The notes: generated from the letters alone by a model not told the origin. Positions 10,932-23,640 are shown, counted from the stretch's first letter. The stretch is 64,000 bases of DNA from Candidatus Saccharimonadales bacterium (GCA_025451045.1 JANWLD010000001.1:133812-197811), one strand, 5' to 3'. Numbers and translations are program-made.

Positions 10932-12623
10932 TTATTGGCTTAATATTACATTCTTTAGCAAGTTGGTGATGCTCGGGCTGTCATAGACTTCCCACCACTT
11001 AGCCATACTTTTGCTAGTGGTGCTTTCGATATCTCCCGGGTTGCTGGAAGTACGAACTACGTAATATCTCCCGTCTCGCTGGAAGCCTTTGCCGAATTGT
11101 TTAGACGTACCAATAATAGCCGGGACATCTGCGCTTAAGTCGGGACCATCAAATAAACTGCCAACATATTGCCAGCGGTCATTAAAGCGCACCGGGTTTA
11201 TTCTTCGAACAGTTCCATGGTCAAACAAGTACCAATCACTGCCTACATGGAATGATGCTCTTATAGTTCCTCCAAGCCCATCGTTAGTATCGGGAGTATT
11301 TTTAATTTGAGAAAGGTATTCACCGGAAATAGTGATTACTGGTACTGCATCGTAACCGGTAATCAGTTTCAGATACGTCGTATTAGTATCGGGACTACCA
11401 GTGCCTGAAATAGGATAAATTTTCCCGCCGTCTAAAAGATAAACCTTTCCGCTATTGGCTGAACGCGCTAATCTGGCGAGCTTACTGTTGATTTGTAATT
11501 CGCTAAGCGTTCTGCCCTCAAATTGTGGCGTCTCGCTATTGTATTCACTTTCAAATCCCCAGGCTCTGGCGATTGATGAACTTTGGATATTAATGAAAGT
11601 CTGGCGATTTAGCAGGTACTTCTTACCAGTATTTCTAGACCCTGCAATATTATTAAGGGGCAGAGTATAGGCAGGGTAGCCACAGCCCTTATCGCTATCG
11701 CCGCTGACAAAGAAATCAGTTAACCCCCATTCTCTAATGGCATAATCACTAAGCTGGCGTTTTTTCGCTATATAACTTTCGATCATATATTTTTGCCCGC
11801 TACATTCAATCAGCCTGAAAGCGGATTGCCCAATAGGATTGCCGAACCAATCATTGAACAGCCTCCAGAAATTGCGGTTGCCATATGAACTGCAACTGTC
11901 GCCTAGACCATAGAGATGGCTAAGTGCCGCTTTGTTCGGGGTATAAGGAGTATAGTTATAAAGCCCGGCGGTAGCCTGGTTTTCTATGAAGACACTTTTC
12001 TTGCCACAACTGGTCCGCGGGTGATATTGGATTTGGTTGGTCAGGCCGGCCTTGTAAGAGTATGTATCCTTATCTCGAGCGTATTTTTTAAACTGCCAAG
12101 CGGCTTTGTAGACTTGGTTGAAAAAGCCATAATATTCACTATTACAGGGAGCGGTATCAGGACAACCGTAACCAGTCGCGCTTCGGTATTGCGTAGTTGA
12201 AGGACTAGTGTCAGTTATCAGGCTTTGCTCTTTCTGGAGTAAAACTATTAAAACTTTTTGGCTGACACCACAAGCTTTGCCAACACTATAGATTATCTTG
12301 GCCGCAGATTGAGAAGTAGTTTTCTCTCCTAGCTTGTTGCAAAGCTCAGATTGAGCCGCTCTTTCTGGAGTACCGCTGCGTGAGTAATCCTTAAGACAGG
12401 TGTAGCCATCGTCACAATCAGGTACTTTAGAGTCCAAGAATGACTGTATCCTTGTTGCGCTCAAAGCGTCGCCGTCAAAAAAAGTTGAATTATCAATAAT
12501 ACGTCCAGCCTTGAAGCTACTGCCGGAAAGAGCCTCTGTTTTGGCGCGTGCACCAAAATTAAATATTGATACAAACAGAGCGATGATTATTAAGAGGTTA
12601 AAAAAAAATTTAGACTTAATCAT
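10932..12623 (-). CDS. Secreted protein with 'hemagglutinin-like'/putative lysozyme-fold N-terminal domain and C-terminal repeats
   Basis: Signal peptide; VLIVLLQKEQSL, ATGYGCPDTAPC, GFFNQV and NQATAGLYNYTPY-SYGNRNFW motifs. Confidence 0.7.
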   Translation of the reverse strand: MIKSKFFFNLLIIIALFVSIFNFGARAKTEALSGSSFKAGRIIDNSTFFDGDALSATRIQSFLDSKVPDCDDGYTCLKDYSRSGTPERAAQSELCNKLGEKTTSQSAAKIIYSVGKACGVSQKVLIVLLQKEQSLITDTSPSTTQYRSATGYGCPDTAPCNSEYYGFFNQVYKAAWQFKKYARDKDTYSYKAGLTNQIQYHPRTSCGKKSVFIENQATAGLYNYTPYTPNKAALSHLYGLGDSCSSYGNRNFWRLFNDWFGNPIGQSAFRLIECSGQKYMIESYIAKKRQLSDYAIREWGLTDFFVSGDSDKGCGYPAYTLPLNNIAGSRNTGKKYLLNRQTFINIQSSSIARAWGFESEYNSETPQFEGRTLSELQINSKLARLARSANSGKVYLLDGGKIYPISGTGSPDTNTTYLKLITGYDAVPVITISGEYLSQIKNTPDTNDGLGGTIRASFHVGSDWYLFDHGTVRRINPVRFNDRWQYVGSLFDGPDLSADVPAIIGTSKQFGKGFQRDGRYYVVRTSSNPGDIESTTSKSMAKWWEVYDSPSITNLLKNVILSQ

Positions 12624-12627
12624 AGAC

Positions 12628-13161
12628 TTAATTTATTTCTATATTTACCGATTCTGAAGAACCTCGGGCTTTTTTAGAAGAGTAATTCACTTGTGCCGTC
12701 CAGGTGCCGCTACTGAATTTATCTGCCGTTATGCTTATGAAGCCGCAGCTTGTTTCGGAAACATTGTCCGTCGACTTTTTAGTTTGAGTTATCTGTTTGC
12801 CGTCTTTTTCAACGACAAGAGTGCATGTACCACCGTTTTCTATGATTCCGGGAACCCTCGAGCCTACCTCTACACCGCCTGCTGCAGTGTAACCATAAGC
12901 TGTTATTATCGGAGTAACTTTTTTCTTTGAAGCCATTTGAGCCTGGGAATTGCTACCGAACTGGTCGGCTGAAGCCTTTTTATCTTCCTCCATTCCGGCC
13001 GTAGAATTAATGTCCACACCGGTGGTGCCGATAGGAGTTTTATCGTTTTGTATGTGGCGGTTGTAGCCAGCATAAGCCAAAACGGCGGCAATCAATACCA
13101 CAGTTGTAATCAATAATGATTTTTTGCTCATTTTCTTTAACTTTTTTGTTTTTATAGACAC
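12628..13161 (-). CDS. Membrane-anchored hypothetical protein with Ig-like C-terminal domain
   Basis: N-terminal TM and GGTCTL...C...GTW pattern; 4 nt from the downstream gene. Confidence 0.7.
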   Translation of the reverse strand: MSIKTKKLKKMSKKSLLITTVVLIAAVLAYAGYNRHIQNDKTPIGTTGVDINSTAGMEEDKKASADQFGSNSQAQMASKKKVTPIITAYGYTAAGGVEVGSRVPGIIENGGTCTLVVEKDGKQITQTKKSTDNVSETSCGFISITADKFSSGTWTAQVNYSSKKARGSSESVNIEIN

Positions 13162-13266
13162 ATTAATACATTAGCACATATTGCAACTTTTTTCAAGAGC
13201 TAGTGCTTAACTCATTAGTGTCTAGCTTTGATACCCTAATAGGAGGCTTTATAATAAGAATAAGTA

Positions 13267-14352
13267 ATGAAGAAACTGAAAAAACTTGTAGTTTTCTTGT
13301 TATCCATCAAATTTATCCGGAAAACTTATAATGCCTTCTCACTATTTTTGGCACGGATAGGCGGCCTGAACCGGGTTACAAGTGTTTTTTACCATTGGAT
13401 TGGTTTTTTAAGCTTTTCGCGCGAACAATACGCTGTTTTAACTGGGCGCAAAAGCTACTACCGTAACCTGGACAGACGCCGCAAAAGCCGCTCCGAACTG
13501 CGCAGAAATACCCACCGGCTGGAAAAAGGCCTGTTGATGCGCCCGCGGCGTAAAGTGTTCGCCAAAGACTATATAGAAGAAACCATAGAATTTTATGAAA
13601 AGGCTATCACCCAGTACAAAAAAAACAAAGAGGGGGTGGACCAAACCGAACTTGCCTGGGCCCAAAATGTGCTTAATGAATATTTTGCCGTCGTTTCCAA
13701 TGATGACGACAAAATAAACAAGCTCCGCGAAAGATTCCATGCGGTTGATTTTGAACCCGGCGAGGTAGATAAGAAACCGTACAAACGTGGCAATCCGAAA
13801 AGCTCAATTAAATACGAAGACTTATTGGAACTGTCACACCAGCGGCGTTCGGTCAGATGGTTTAAGCAAAAACCGGTGCCAAGAGACCTTATCGACAAAG
13901 CACTTTTAGTAGCTGAACAATCCCCTTCGGCTTGTAACCGCTTGCCGTATGAATTCCGTATCTTTGATCAACCAGAGCTTGTAAAAAAAGTTTCCTCCAT
14001 ACCGTTCGGTTCAGCCGGGTACAGGGACAATATTCCTACCATAATAGTAGTAGTCGGCAAACTAGAGAATTATTTCAGTCCGCGCGATAGGCACTTAGTA
14101 TATGTCGATTCAGCCTTAGCTGTGATGCCTTTTATGTATGCGCTGGAAACTTTAGGGCTGGCATCCAGTTCCATAAACTGGCCTGATTTTGAACCGCTGG
14201 AAGCTAAAATGCAAAAGACTTTAGGATTGTCGCCCGATGAGCGCCCGATAATGTTAATCGCAGTAGGCTATGCCGATCCGGAAGGCATGGTGGCTTATTC
14301 GCAGAAGAAATCGCTGGAAGTTCTTCGGACTTATAACAAGATCGGCCAATGA
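13267..14352 (+). CDS. Nitroreductase family protein with N-terminal extension
   Basis: RRSVRWF and SPSACNRLP FMN-binding motifs. Confidence 0.88.
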   Translation: MKKLKKLVVFLLSIKFIRKTYNAFSLFLARIGGLNRVTSVFYHWIGFLSFSREQYAVLTGRKSYYRNLDRRRKSRSELRRNTHRLEKGLLMRPRRKVFAKDYIEETIEFYEKAITQYKKNKEGVDQTELAWAQNVLNEYFAVVSNDDDKINKLRERFHAVDFEPGEVDKKPYKRGNPKSSIKYEDLLELSHQRRSVRWFKQKPVPRDLIDKALLVAEQSPSACNRLPYEFRIFDQPELVKKVSSIPFGSAGYRDNIPTIIVVVGKLENYFSPRDRHLVYVDSALAVMPFMYALETLGLASSSINWPDFEPLEAKMQKTLGLSPDERPIMLIAVGYADPEGMVAYSQKKSLEVLRTYNKIGQ

Positions 14353-15284
14353 AAAAAATTGCTCGTTATAGATCGCTGCTTTCATGGGTAATTATCATAG
14401 TTACCGTATACTTCTTTGCTAAGACCCTTAAAAATAATTGGGATAATCTTGAGGGAGTCAGTCTTGCGCCCGATTTGTTAATTGTGGCGGCTGTAATCCT
14501 GTTTGTCCTGTCGATAGTATCTTCTGGCCTGCTGTGGGGTAAAGTAGCTAAAAAATTGACAGGTGCCCGGGTATCAGCAGCTGAGGCCGTACGTATCCAT
14601 TTGGCTTCTTGGCTACTTAAATATATACCGGGTCAGGCAGGCTCATTGCTTAATAAACTGGCATGGGCAAAACAGCGTAATATTGACGGTAAAAAGATAA
14701 CAGCTTCATTCATCTACGAAAATGTTTTTTTAGTACTGGCTTCAACGGTACCGACTATCCCTATCCTGCTTATAGCCTTGGGAGATAAGTTTAGCGAAAA
14801 CGAAACACTCTTCCTGCCTCTTTTAATAGTCGCGCCTTTCGTATTCATGGTTCTGACACCTTGGTTTTTCACCAAAGCCATAAATCTGCTCTTCAGACTG
14901 GCTAAAAAACAGCAATTGACGCAAGAAGATATGCTGACCGGCCGGGATAACCTGAAGTTTTTTGTACTGTTTATAATTCCGCGTATTATCAATGGCGCTG
15001 CTTTTGTTTTTATTGCGGAATCACTGATAGGCATACCAGCTTCACAATATCTGGTATTTGGCTCAATCTATGTTTTGGCCGGAATCGTGGGGGTATTGGC
15101 TATATTTGTCCCCAGCGGTTTAGGTGTGCGTGAAGCGGTAATCGTTTTGTTCGCCAGTGCTTACATACCAACTGAACAGGCTGTCCTTCTGGCAATAGTA
15201 AGCAGACTCTACGCCACGATAGCAGATATCCTTGTCGCAGTGGTTTATCTTTGGCTTAAACGTTCGGAAGCAGTGAAATCATGA
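14349..15284 (+). CDS. LPG-synthase-TM/flippase-like membrane protein (UPF0104 family)
   Basis: LKYIPG and PSGLGVREA motifs; multi-TM. Confidence 0.85.
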   Translation: MKKIARYRSLLSWVIIIVTVYFFAKTLKNNWDNLEGVSLAPDLLIVAAVILFVLSIVSSGLLWGKVAKKLTGARVSAAEAVRIHLASWLLKYIPGQAGSLLNKLAWAKQRNIDGKKITASFIYENVFLVLASTVPTIPILLIALGDKFSENETLFLPLLIVAPFVFMVLTPWFFTKAINLLFRLAKKQQLTQEDMLTGRDNLKFFVLFIIPRIINGAAFVFIAESLIGIPASQYLVFGSIYVLAGIVGVLAIFVPSGLGVREAVIVLFASAYIPTEQAVLLAIVSRLYATIADILVAVVYLWLKRSEAVKS

Positions 15285-16504
15285 AGAAGATAGTAATAAT
15301 TGGCTCGACGTTATCCGGCAATAAAGGAGCTGCGGCTATGCTGGAAAGCTCCATCCAGACCTTGGGCAAGTATTATCCGGATGCCAAATTTACACTGTTC
15401 AGCTACATACCGATCGCAAAAGAACAAGCTAAAAATCCTTATAACAATCTGGAAATTCTTAAAGCGACTCCGCTTTATCTAGGCATAGTCATAAATTCTT
15501 TGGCGCTTTTACATCGTGTAATTCCACCACTAAGGCCTTTGTTGCGGAGATCAAAACAGATAAAAGCTTTAAACGAAGCTGACATTCTTTTGGACCAAGG
15601 CGGGATTACATTTGTTGATGGCCGGGAGAAGTTTTTGCTGTACAACGTAGCTAGTATTTTGCCAGCCTTGATGATGAAGGCCAAAGTCGTAAAATGCGCC
15701 CAAGCCATGGGGCCGTTTAATAAAAAACTTAACAGAGCAGTAGCTAAATTAATTTTGCCCAGAGTTACTTTAATAGTTTCCCGGGGTTCGGCCACCCACG
15801 AACATCTGATGTCGCTCGGGCTTAGAAATGTTATAGCAGGTGCGGATTACGCTTTTCTTTTGGAGCTTACTGAGGCTGAAAAGAAACAGGCAAGGGAGTA
15901 TTATCAATCAGAATTTTTCGAAGGGCATAAAACCGTAGGCATATCACCAAGCGTAGTTATGCAAAAGAAGGTTGAATCAGCCGGCAAGGACTACGCAGGG
16001 CTTTTAGCGGAGTTTATTGATTATCTAACTAAGGAGGGTTATAAAACGGTTCTATTGCCACACAGTGCTCGCGAAGGGACGGATAAGACACACAACAATG
16101 ATTTGCCGGTTTGCCGTGAGATTTATAAAAAGCTTAGCAATAAAAAGGAGTGTCTTTTCATAGACAAGGAGCTAACCTCGCAGGAACTGCGCGCTATCAT
16201 TGGCAAGTGCGACCTGTTCGTAGCGTCACGCTTCCATGCGATGGTTTCGGCCCTCGCGATGGAAGTACCAGTATTAGTTGTCGGCTGGAGTCATAAATAC
16301 CGGGAAGTATTGGAGATGTTCGGTCTGGAAAACTGGGCTTTCGGCCAAGACAAACTCTCGGCAAAGTATTTGAGGGGGAGGTTTGATTATTTGGAAAAAG
16401 AACAAAAAACCATCCGCCAAAAGTTAGGGGATAATCTGCCTCAAGTAAAACAAAAATCTCAAAAACAAGTCGAAGCTATAGTAAACATACTCAAGGAGAA
16501 CTGA
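15281..16504 (+). CDS. Polysaccharide pyruvyl transferase family protein (WcaK-like)
   Basis: NKGAAAM, AQAMGPF, SRFHAMV and WSHKY motifs. Confidence 0.9.
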   Translation: MKKIVIIGSTLSGNKGAAAMLESSIQTLGKYYPDAKFTLFSYIPIAKEQAKNPYNNLEILKATPLYLGIVINSLALLHRVIPPLRPLLRRSKQIKALNEADILLDQGGITFVDGREKFLLYNVASILPALMMKAKVVKCAQAMGPFNKKLNRAVAKLILPRVTLIVSRGSATHEHLMSLGLRNVIAGADYAFLLELTEAEKKQAREYYQSEFFEGHKTVGISPSVVMQKKVESAGKDYAGLLAEFIDYLTKEGYKTVLLPHSAREGTDKTHNNDLPVCREIYKKLSNKKECLFIDKELTSQELRAIIGKCDLFVASRFHAMVSALAMEVPVLVVGWSHKYREVLEMFGLENWAFGQDKLSAKYLRGRFDYLEKEQKTIRQKLGDNLPQVKQKSQKQVEAIVNILKEN

Positions 16505-16505
16505 G

Positions 16506-17450
16506 CTACTTCTTTGAGTATTGGATTTTTTTAGTACGCTCCAGCGTATCCTCGGTTAAAATTCGATTTGTACGGATTAAATCGGCAATGATTGCTAAAG
16601 CAAAAGAGATTCCTGATGCAAAAAAGAATACGGCACCAATAATTAATGATTGTAAATGTCCGCCGTGATGCTCGGCAAAGTAAATGTAGATGAATCTGGC
16701 GAAAGGTATAAGACCAAGAAGGAAAAAGAGGATGCCAAGATTAACAAAAATAATGTAAGGTTTGTGCATTATGTAGCTTCGGATAATCGCAACGGCTGAT
16801 TTGTACATATGATGCCACATAGATTTGAATAAACGGCTTTCTCGAGTCTTCGGATTGGTGGTTATCTTAACGCTGGTTATCGGAATGCGCTTATTGCCGG
16901 CATGGATGATGGTTTCCATGCAATAGCTGAAGGTCGTTATTACATTTATTTTAATCGCCGCGTCCCTTGAGTAGGCGCGGAAACCACTTGCCGCGTCCGG
17001 CAAATTGGTGCCGGCTGCTTTGTTTACTACCACACTGCCAACTTTTTGGAAAAATTTCTTTAAAGCCGAAAAGTGTTTGATAGTGTGAGTTTGACGATCT
17101 CCAATGACAATCTCGGCTTTGCCAGCAAGTATCGGCCTTACCAATTTTCCGATATCAGCTTGGGGGTATTGGTTATCACCATCAGTATTAACGATGATAT
17201 CGGCGCCATGAGACAAGCAGTAGTCTAATCCGTCGCTGAAAGATTTGGCTAGACCCTGGTTTTGTTTGTGAATTACAAAATGATTAACACCAAGAGATTT
17301 GGCTATTTTGATGGTTTTATCCGACGAACCGTCATCTATGACCAATATCGATATATCATCAATCCCGTCAATTTTCTTCGGGATAGACTGAAGTACCGAG
17401 GACAAAGTCTCTTCCTCATTCAGGCAGGGAATCTGGACGAACAGCTTCAT
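16506..17450 (-). CDS. GT2 polyprenol-phosphate glycosyltransferase (DPM1/GtrB-like)
   Basis: IPCLNEE, IDDGSSD, NTDGDNQY and DAASGFRAY motifs; two C-terminal TMs. Confidence 0.9.
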   Translation of the reverse strand: MKLFVQIPCLNEEETLSSVLQSIPKKIDGIDDISILVIDDGSSDKTIKIAKSLGVNHFVIHKQNQGLAKSFSDGLDYCLSHGADIIVNTDGDNQYPQADIGKLVRPILAGKAEIVIGDRQTHTIKHFSALKKFFQKVGSVVVNKAAGTNLPDAASGFRAYSRDAAIKINVITTFSYCMETIIHAGNKRIPITSVKITTNPKTRESRLFKSMWHHMYKSAVAIIRSYIMHKPYIIFVNLGILFFLLGLIPFARFIYIYFAEHHGGHLQSLIIGAVFFFASGISFALAIIADLIRTNRILTEDTLERTKKIQYSKK

Positions 17451-17523
17451 ACTAGGGCTATAATATACCATAAATCAAGGAGATAACTGTTACAATCCTA
17501 TAGTTTCAAAGGAGTAATAAATC

Positions 17524-18963
17524 GTGGGCCGACTCAGGCGAATAATATTATCAAAGTACTTTTTACCGATTGTTTTTATCTTTTTTGGGCTGCTGGCGGT
17601 TTTTTACGCCGGGTACATTGGGTTTGGTATTCCGTCCGATGAAAATTATCATTTCGGCTCTATAAAATATTATGCCGACCAGCCGATTACAACCGGTCCT
17701 TTTACCCATAATCAGGATCCGGCAAGCATACCGATTATCAGGGCAATCGACCGCAATCCGAACTACTTATACCACTATTTGCTTAGCCTGCCCCTTAGAG
17801 GCATAGAGAAGCTTCATTTAAGCCAATACACTGAAGTATTGCTGCTGCGCTTCATAAACATAATACTAGTCATGCTGGCGCTTTATGTGCTTAAAAGGTG
17901 CTTGGATGAAATATCGGATGACAAGCTGGTAAAGAACCTCGCCATCTTTGCTTTGTCAGTAACTGGTATGGCCGTATGGGTGGCCGGCTCAATAAACTAT
18001 GATAACTTAGCAAATCTATTGTTTGTCTTATTTGTGTGGGTTTCGATACGGATTATCAAAAAACCTAGCGCGCTTTTAATAATTCTGGCTTTGATTTTGG
18101 CCATGGCGACTACGCTGAGTAAAAGCGTGTTTATTCCCGTGCTTGGGATTGGCCTGATTGCGCTGGTTTTTGCGCTTCGAACGAAAAGCTACGGCTTTAA
18201 TATATTTTATGCCCAGACCAAAAAATCATTTCGAACCAGGAGACTGTTGACTTCATCGGTCATATTAACCGCACTGCTTTTCTCCGGGCTTATAGTTGAG
18301 AGAATCGGCCTAAACCTTGTTCACTACCAAGCAGTAAAACCAAGCTGCACGAAGTTCTTCAAAGTGGAAGAATGCCGTACATACAATGTATTCAACCGTA
18401 ATTTTAGCCAAAAGCGCAGTTATAACGCGGAAGCCAAGGCTTCTTTCATAAAAAACACCAATCCAATCAGTTTCAGCGGCGAATGGCTTTATACGATGTA
18501 CAATACCCTCTATTTTCATCTTGGCGACCGTCGGTTTGAAAGCAGGGCTATAAACCAAATAATAGCCTTTTTATTTGCTATAGTTTTGTCAGTAACGGTA
18601 ATTTTATCAAGAGCAAAAAGCCGGCTTAATAAATCAGCAAAGTACGTATTGTTGCTGACAGTTTCATATGTCACAGCCCTTTTCCTTTATAACGCCAATA
18701 CTTATATTTCGTTCGGTCGCAAGTACGCTTTCCAGGGAAGATATCTGCTGCCTGTCTTGGGTTTCTTATATTTCTTTGTGATACTTTTGGTCGTAAATAC
18801 TTATCGCAACCGCAAGCCAAGCCAGCAAAAAGTATTTGCAGCCATTTGGCTGGCAGCAGTAATAATTTTTATTGTCGCTCATTTCCCGCCGTTGCTTTTA
18901 GCAAAGGAAACGGACAGCTCTTGGCGCCAGGAATTTATTCTGCCCAAAGAGATAGTGGATTAG
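17524..18963 (+). CDS. GT-C-type membrane glycosyltransferase (paralog of 7978-9414)
   Basis: PSDENYH, LYHYLLS, INYDNL and QGRYLLP, matching the 7978 gene motif for motif. Confidence 0.75.
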   Translation: MGRLRRIILSKYFLPIVFIFFGLLAVFYAGYIGFGIPSDENYHFGSIKYYADQPITTGPFTHNQDPASIPIIRAIDRNPNYLYHYLLSLPLRGIEKLHLSQYTEVLLLRFINIILVMLALYVLKRCLDEISDDKLVKNLAIFALSVTGMAVWVAGSINYDNLANLLFVLFVWVSIRIIKKPSALLIILALILAMATTLSKSVFIPVLGIGLIALVFALRTKSYGFNIFYAQTKKSFRTRRLLTSSVILTALLFSGLIVERIGLNLVHYQAVKPSCTKFFKVEECRTYNVFNRNFSQKRSYNAEAKASFIKNTNPISFSGEWLYTMYNTLYFHLGDRRFESRAINQIIAFLFAIVLSVTVILSRAKSRLNKSAKYVLLLTVSYVTALFLYNANTYISFGRKYAFQGRYLLPVLGFLYFFVILLVVNTYRNRKPSQQKVFAAIWLAAVIIFIVAHFPPLLLAKETDSSWRQEFILPKEIVD

Positions 18964-20309
18964 TCCCGGCCTACGCCGATATAAACCAAGCCAGCATCTT
19001 TTACGGCTGAAATGTCCAGGCAGTTCATGCAGTCAACTATCAACTTGCCGGCCATTTGTTCCGACAGGGCTTTAAAACCAAGATTTTTAAATTGCGGCCA
19101 GTCTGTAGTGATAAACACCGCTTCAGCGTTTTTGCAAGCTTCTTCAGCGGAATCCTTTAGCGTAATCTGCGAACTTAACATTTCTTTCGCTTCAGCGTTT
19201 GCCTCCGGGTCATGAGCCGAAACCTCGGCTCCGCTTTCATGCAGGATATTGGCTAATTTAATTCCAGGAGATTTGCGCGAGTCACTGGTACCGGCCTTAA
19301 AAGCTAGGCCCAATACGGCAATCTTTTTACCGTTAAGACCACCAAGGGTCTGCTCGGCTTTGTCCGCGATATAGCTTGCCATTTCGTCATTTATTTGGCT
19401 AGCAGCAACCATGATAGGCATGTCCACGCTGTGGCTTAGTGAGCTGCTGATAAGTCCGCTGACATCTTTAGGAAAACAACCGCCGCCATAACCGCGGCCA
19501 GCATTTAAAAACGCTCTGCCTATCCGGGCGTCGGCGCCTACGGCGTCCATGACCTCAACTACATCTGCTTCAGTTTTATCAGCCAGCTTGGCTATGGAGT
19601 TAGCAAATGAAATCTTTAATGCTAAAAACGCATTGGCTGTAACCTTGATAAGTTCCGCGCTATCGAGGTTGGTTGCAATGTAACTGCCTTTGATATCTTT
19701 AGCCTTTATACCAGCTAGCTTAGCAATATTTTCGCGTACTTTTTCAACCTCTCTGTATAAATCCAAAACTTTTTCTACGGCTTTCTTATCGTTACCACCG
19801 ACTACTATGCGGTCAAAAAACAAAGTGTCGAAAAGGGCAGTGCCTTCCCTCAGGAATTCAGGATTTGAAACATAGCTAACATCTTTATCTTTGAAAGTTT
19901 CTACGACTTGGCGTCCAGTACCAACCGGAACGGTGCTTTTTTGAATGTAGACAGTACCCGGTTTTATATATTTGGCAGTTTCCTGTGCGGCATTGAAGAT
20001 ATATTTTAAATTTGAGCTACCATCGGGGTTATCCGGTGTGCCAACGCATGAAAATACAAAAGAACTTTCCGGTACACCGTCGCTGTAAGACGAAGTAGGG
20101 ATAAGATTTTTTTCGTCGACAGCTCTTTTGATAAGCGGGTTCATGCCTTCTTCATAAAAAAAGGACCGGCCTTCGCGTAGTGCCTGCAGACGGTCTTCAC
20201 TAATATCTAAAGCATAAACTTTGTAACCGGCATTAGCTAAGATAGCCGAAGTCGTTACTCCGACGTAACCGGTTCCGATAACGGTGGCTATATTGTTCTT
20301 ATTGTCCAT
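18960..20309 (-). CDS. ugd: UDP-glucose/GDP-mannose 6-dehydrogenase
   Basis: [21 protein letters not shown] and [10 protein letters not shown] motifs. Confidence 0.93.
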   Translation of the reverse strand: MDNKNNIATVIGTGYVGVTTSAILANAGYKVYALDISEDRLQALREGRSFFYEEGMNPLIKRAVDEKNLIPTSSYSDGVPESSFVFSCVGTPDNPDGSSNLKYIFNAAQETAKYIKPGTVYIQKSTVPVGTGRQVVETFKDKDVSYVSNPEFLREGTALFDTLFFDRIVVGGNDKKAVEKVLDLYREVEKVRENIAKLAGIKAKDIKGSYIATNLDSAELIKVTANAFLALKISFANSIAKLADKTEADVVEVMDAVGADARIGRAFLNAGRGYGGGCFPKDVSGLISSSLSHSVDMPIMVAASQINDEMASYIADKAEQTLGGLNGKKIAVLGLAFKAGTSDSRKSPGIKLANILHESGAEVSAHDPEANAEAKEMLSSQITLKDSAEEACKNAEAVFITTDWPQFKNLGFKALSEQMAGKLIVDCMNCLDISAVKDAGLVYIGVGRD

Positions 20310-21168
20310 GACCCGCAATATTTAACAGATATTTACCATAGCCGGACTTCTTCAGCGGTTCGGCAAGTTGTAATAATTGTTCCTTATTTATAAAACCCTG
20401 GCGATAGGCTATTTCTTCTATACAACCGATTTTAAGCCCTTGGCGCTCTTCAATGACCTGAACGTACTGTGAAGCTTGATTCATGCTGGCAAATGTACCG
20501 GTATCTAACCAGGCGGTTCCTCTGTCCAACAATACCACCGTCAATTTATCACGCCGTAGATATTCGTTGTGGATTTCGGTAATCTCGATTTCGCCGCGGT
20601 CGCTCGGTTTGACATTTCGGGCTATATCAACAACATTATTGTCAAAGAAATAAAGCCCGGGGATAGCATAATTTGACCTAGGGTTGGCCGGTTTTTCCTC
20701 GATTGACCTAACATTGTTACGTGCGTCAAACTCAACTACACCATAACGCTGCGGATCGGAAACCGGATAGCCGAATATGACTCCGCCATCCGGATCGTTG
20801 GCTGCCAGAAGTTTAAGCTCTAAATCCGAGCCGTAGAATATATTGTCACCGAGAACCATCGCAACCTTATCATTGCCAATGAAATCCGCGCCGACAATAA
20901 AAGCATCAGCCAAACCGCGGGGTTTTTCTTGGACTTTGTAAGTGAAGTTACAACCTATTTGTTCGCCGCTGCCCAGCAGCTGTTCAAAGCGCGGCAAATC
21001 CTGTGGCGTAGAGATTATCAGAATATCTTTAATGCCGGCACTCATAAGTGTACTTAGAGGATAGTAAATCATCGGCTTATCATAGATGGGCACAAGCTGT
21101 TTGCTCACAGCCATAGTAATCGGATATAAGCGAGTTCCTGAACCACCGGCTAAGATTATCCCGCGCAT
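20299..21168 (-). CDS. rfbA: Glucose-1-phosphate thymidylyltransferase (RmlA)
   Basis: [22 protein letters not shown] and WLDTGT motifs. Confidence 0.97.
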   Translation of the reverse strand: MRGIILAGGSGTRLYPITMAVSKQLVPIYDKPMIYYPLSTLMSAGIKDILIISTPQDLPRFEQLLGSGEQIGCNFTYKVQEKPRGLADAFIVGADFIGNDKVAMVLGDNIFYGSDLELKLLAANDPDGGVIFGYPVSDPQRYGVVEFDARNNVRSIEEKPANPRSNYAIPGLYFFDNNVVDIARNVKPSDRGEIEITEIHNEYLRRDKLTVVLLDRGTAWLDTGTFASMNQASQYVQVIEERQGLKIGCIEEIAYRQGFINKEQLLQLAEPLKKSGYGKYLLNIAGHGQ

Positions 21169-21169
21169 T

Positions 21170-22021
21170 TTACTTGTTCTCCTGAATATATTTTTTTAAT
21201 TCTTCTTGCCAGTCATCCATAACAAAACCGGTAGACTTTATTTTATCAAGGTTGAACGAACTATGCAGGGGCCTTGGGGCTACACCTTCTTTGCTGGCGA
21301 AATATTTTGCGGTTGAAGTGTCGGTTACTTGCAAATCATCCCGCTTAAGTTCCGTGAAGATAACTCTGGTAACATCAGCCCAACTGGCTGGTTCACCACA
21401 GTTACTTACATTATAAGTGCCATAAGGCGCTTTGTTTGACAGTAAGTGATGGATTGCATTTACAAGGGGCCCTGTAAAGGTTAACCGGCCTATCTGGTCA
21501 TTGACTACTATAGGTGAAATATTCTTTTGGGCAAGGCCAATCATGGTGCGCACAAAATTCGGCCCATCACCGACTAACCAAGATGTTCTTAGAATGTAAT
21601 GCTTGGATGCGACTCCGACGGCAATATCACCAGCCGCTTTGGTCTGGGCATATACCCCGAGTGGAGATAGCGGTTCATCCTCGTCATGTTCACTCTTAGT
21701 ACCATCAAAGACATACTCGGTCGACATATGTGCCAATACAAGATCATGCTCTGCCGCCGCTTTTGCCAGCTGACTGGGTGCTGTGGCATTAATCTGCCAC
21801 GACAGCACGCGTCCTTCGGGAGTTTCAGCCCCGTCGACATCGGTATAGGCAGCGGCGTTTAAGATAATATCCACCTTGGACCAGTCATAACTTTTTATAA
21901 AGTTCTTGTCAGTGATATCAAATTTATCACGGTCAACTGCTAGTGCGCTGGGATATTTTGCCGATAAGGCCTTGCCAAGCTGGCCATTTGAACCGATGAT
22001 TAAGATCCTTGATTCGTCCAA
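21170..22021 (-). CDS. rfbD: dTDP-4-dehydrorhamnose reductase (RmlD)
   Basis: [22 protein letters not shown] and YAQTK motifs. Confidence 0.95.
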   Translation of the reverse strand: MDESRILIIGSNGQLGKALSAKYPSALAVDRDKFDITDKNFIKSYDWSKVDIILNAAAYTDVDGAETPEGRVLSWQINATAPSQLAKAAAEHDLVLAHMSTEYVFDGTKSEHDEDEPLSPLGVYAQTKAAGDIAVGVASKHYILRTSWLVGDGPNFVRTMIGLAQKNISPIVVNDQIGRLTFTGPLVNAIHHLLSNKAPYGTYNVSNCGEPASWADVTRVIFTELKRDDLQVTDTSTAKYFASKEGVAPRPLHSSFNLDKIKSTGFVMDDWQEELKKYIQENK

Positions 22022-22022
22022 G

Positions 22023-23566
<1,544 letters not shown>

Positions 23567-23640
23567 TCATCTTATTATAACTTCTAGGGAGGTACTTTAA
23601 AAACAAGTTATGCCGACTTAATGTTTGCTATACTTTTTGC

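Noticed and set aside
13193..13231. Imperfect palindrome between divergent genes
   Set aside because: A short bulged stem with no similarity to the other elements; not distinguishable from chance or a promoter feature.
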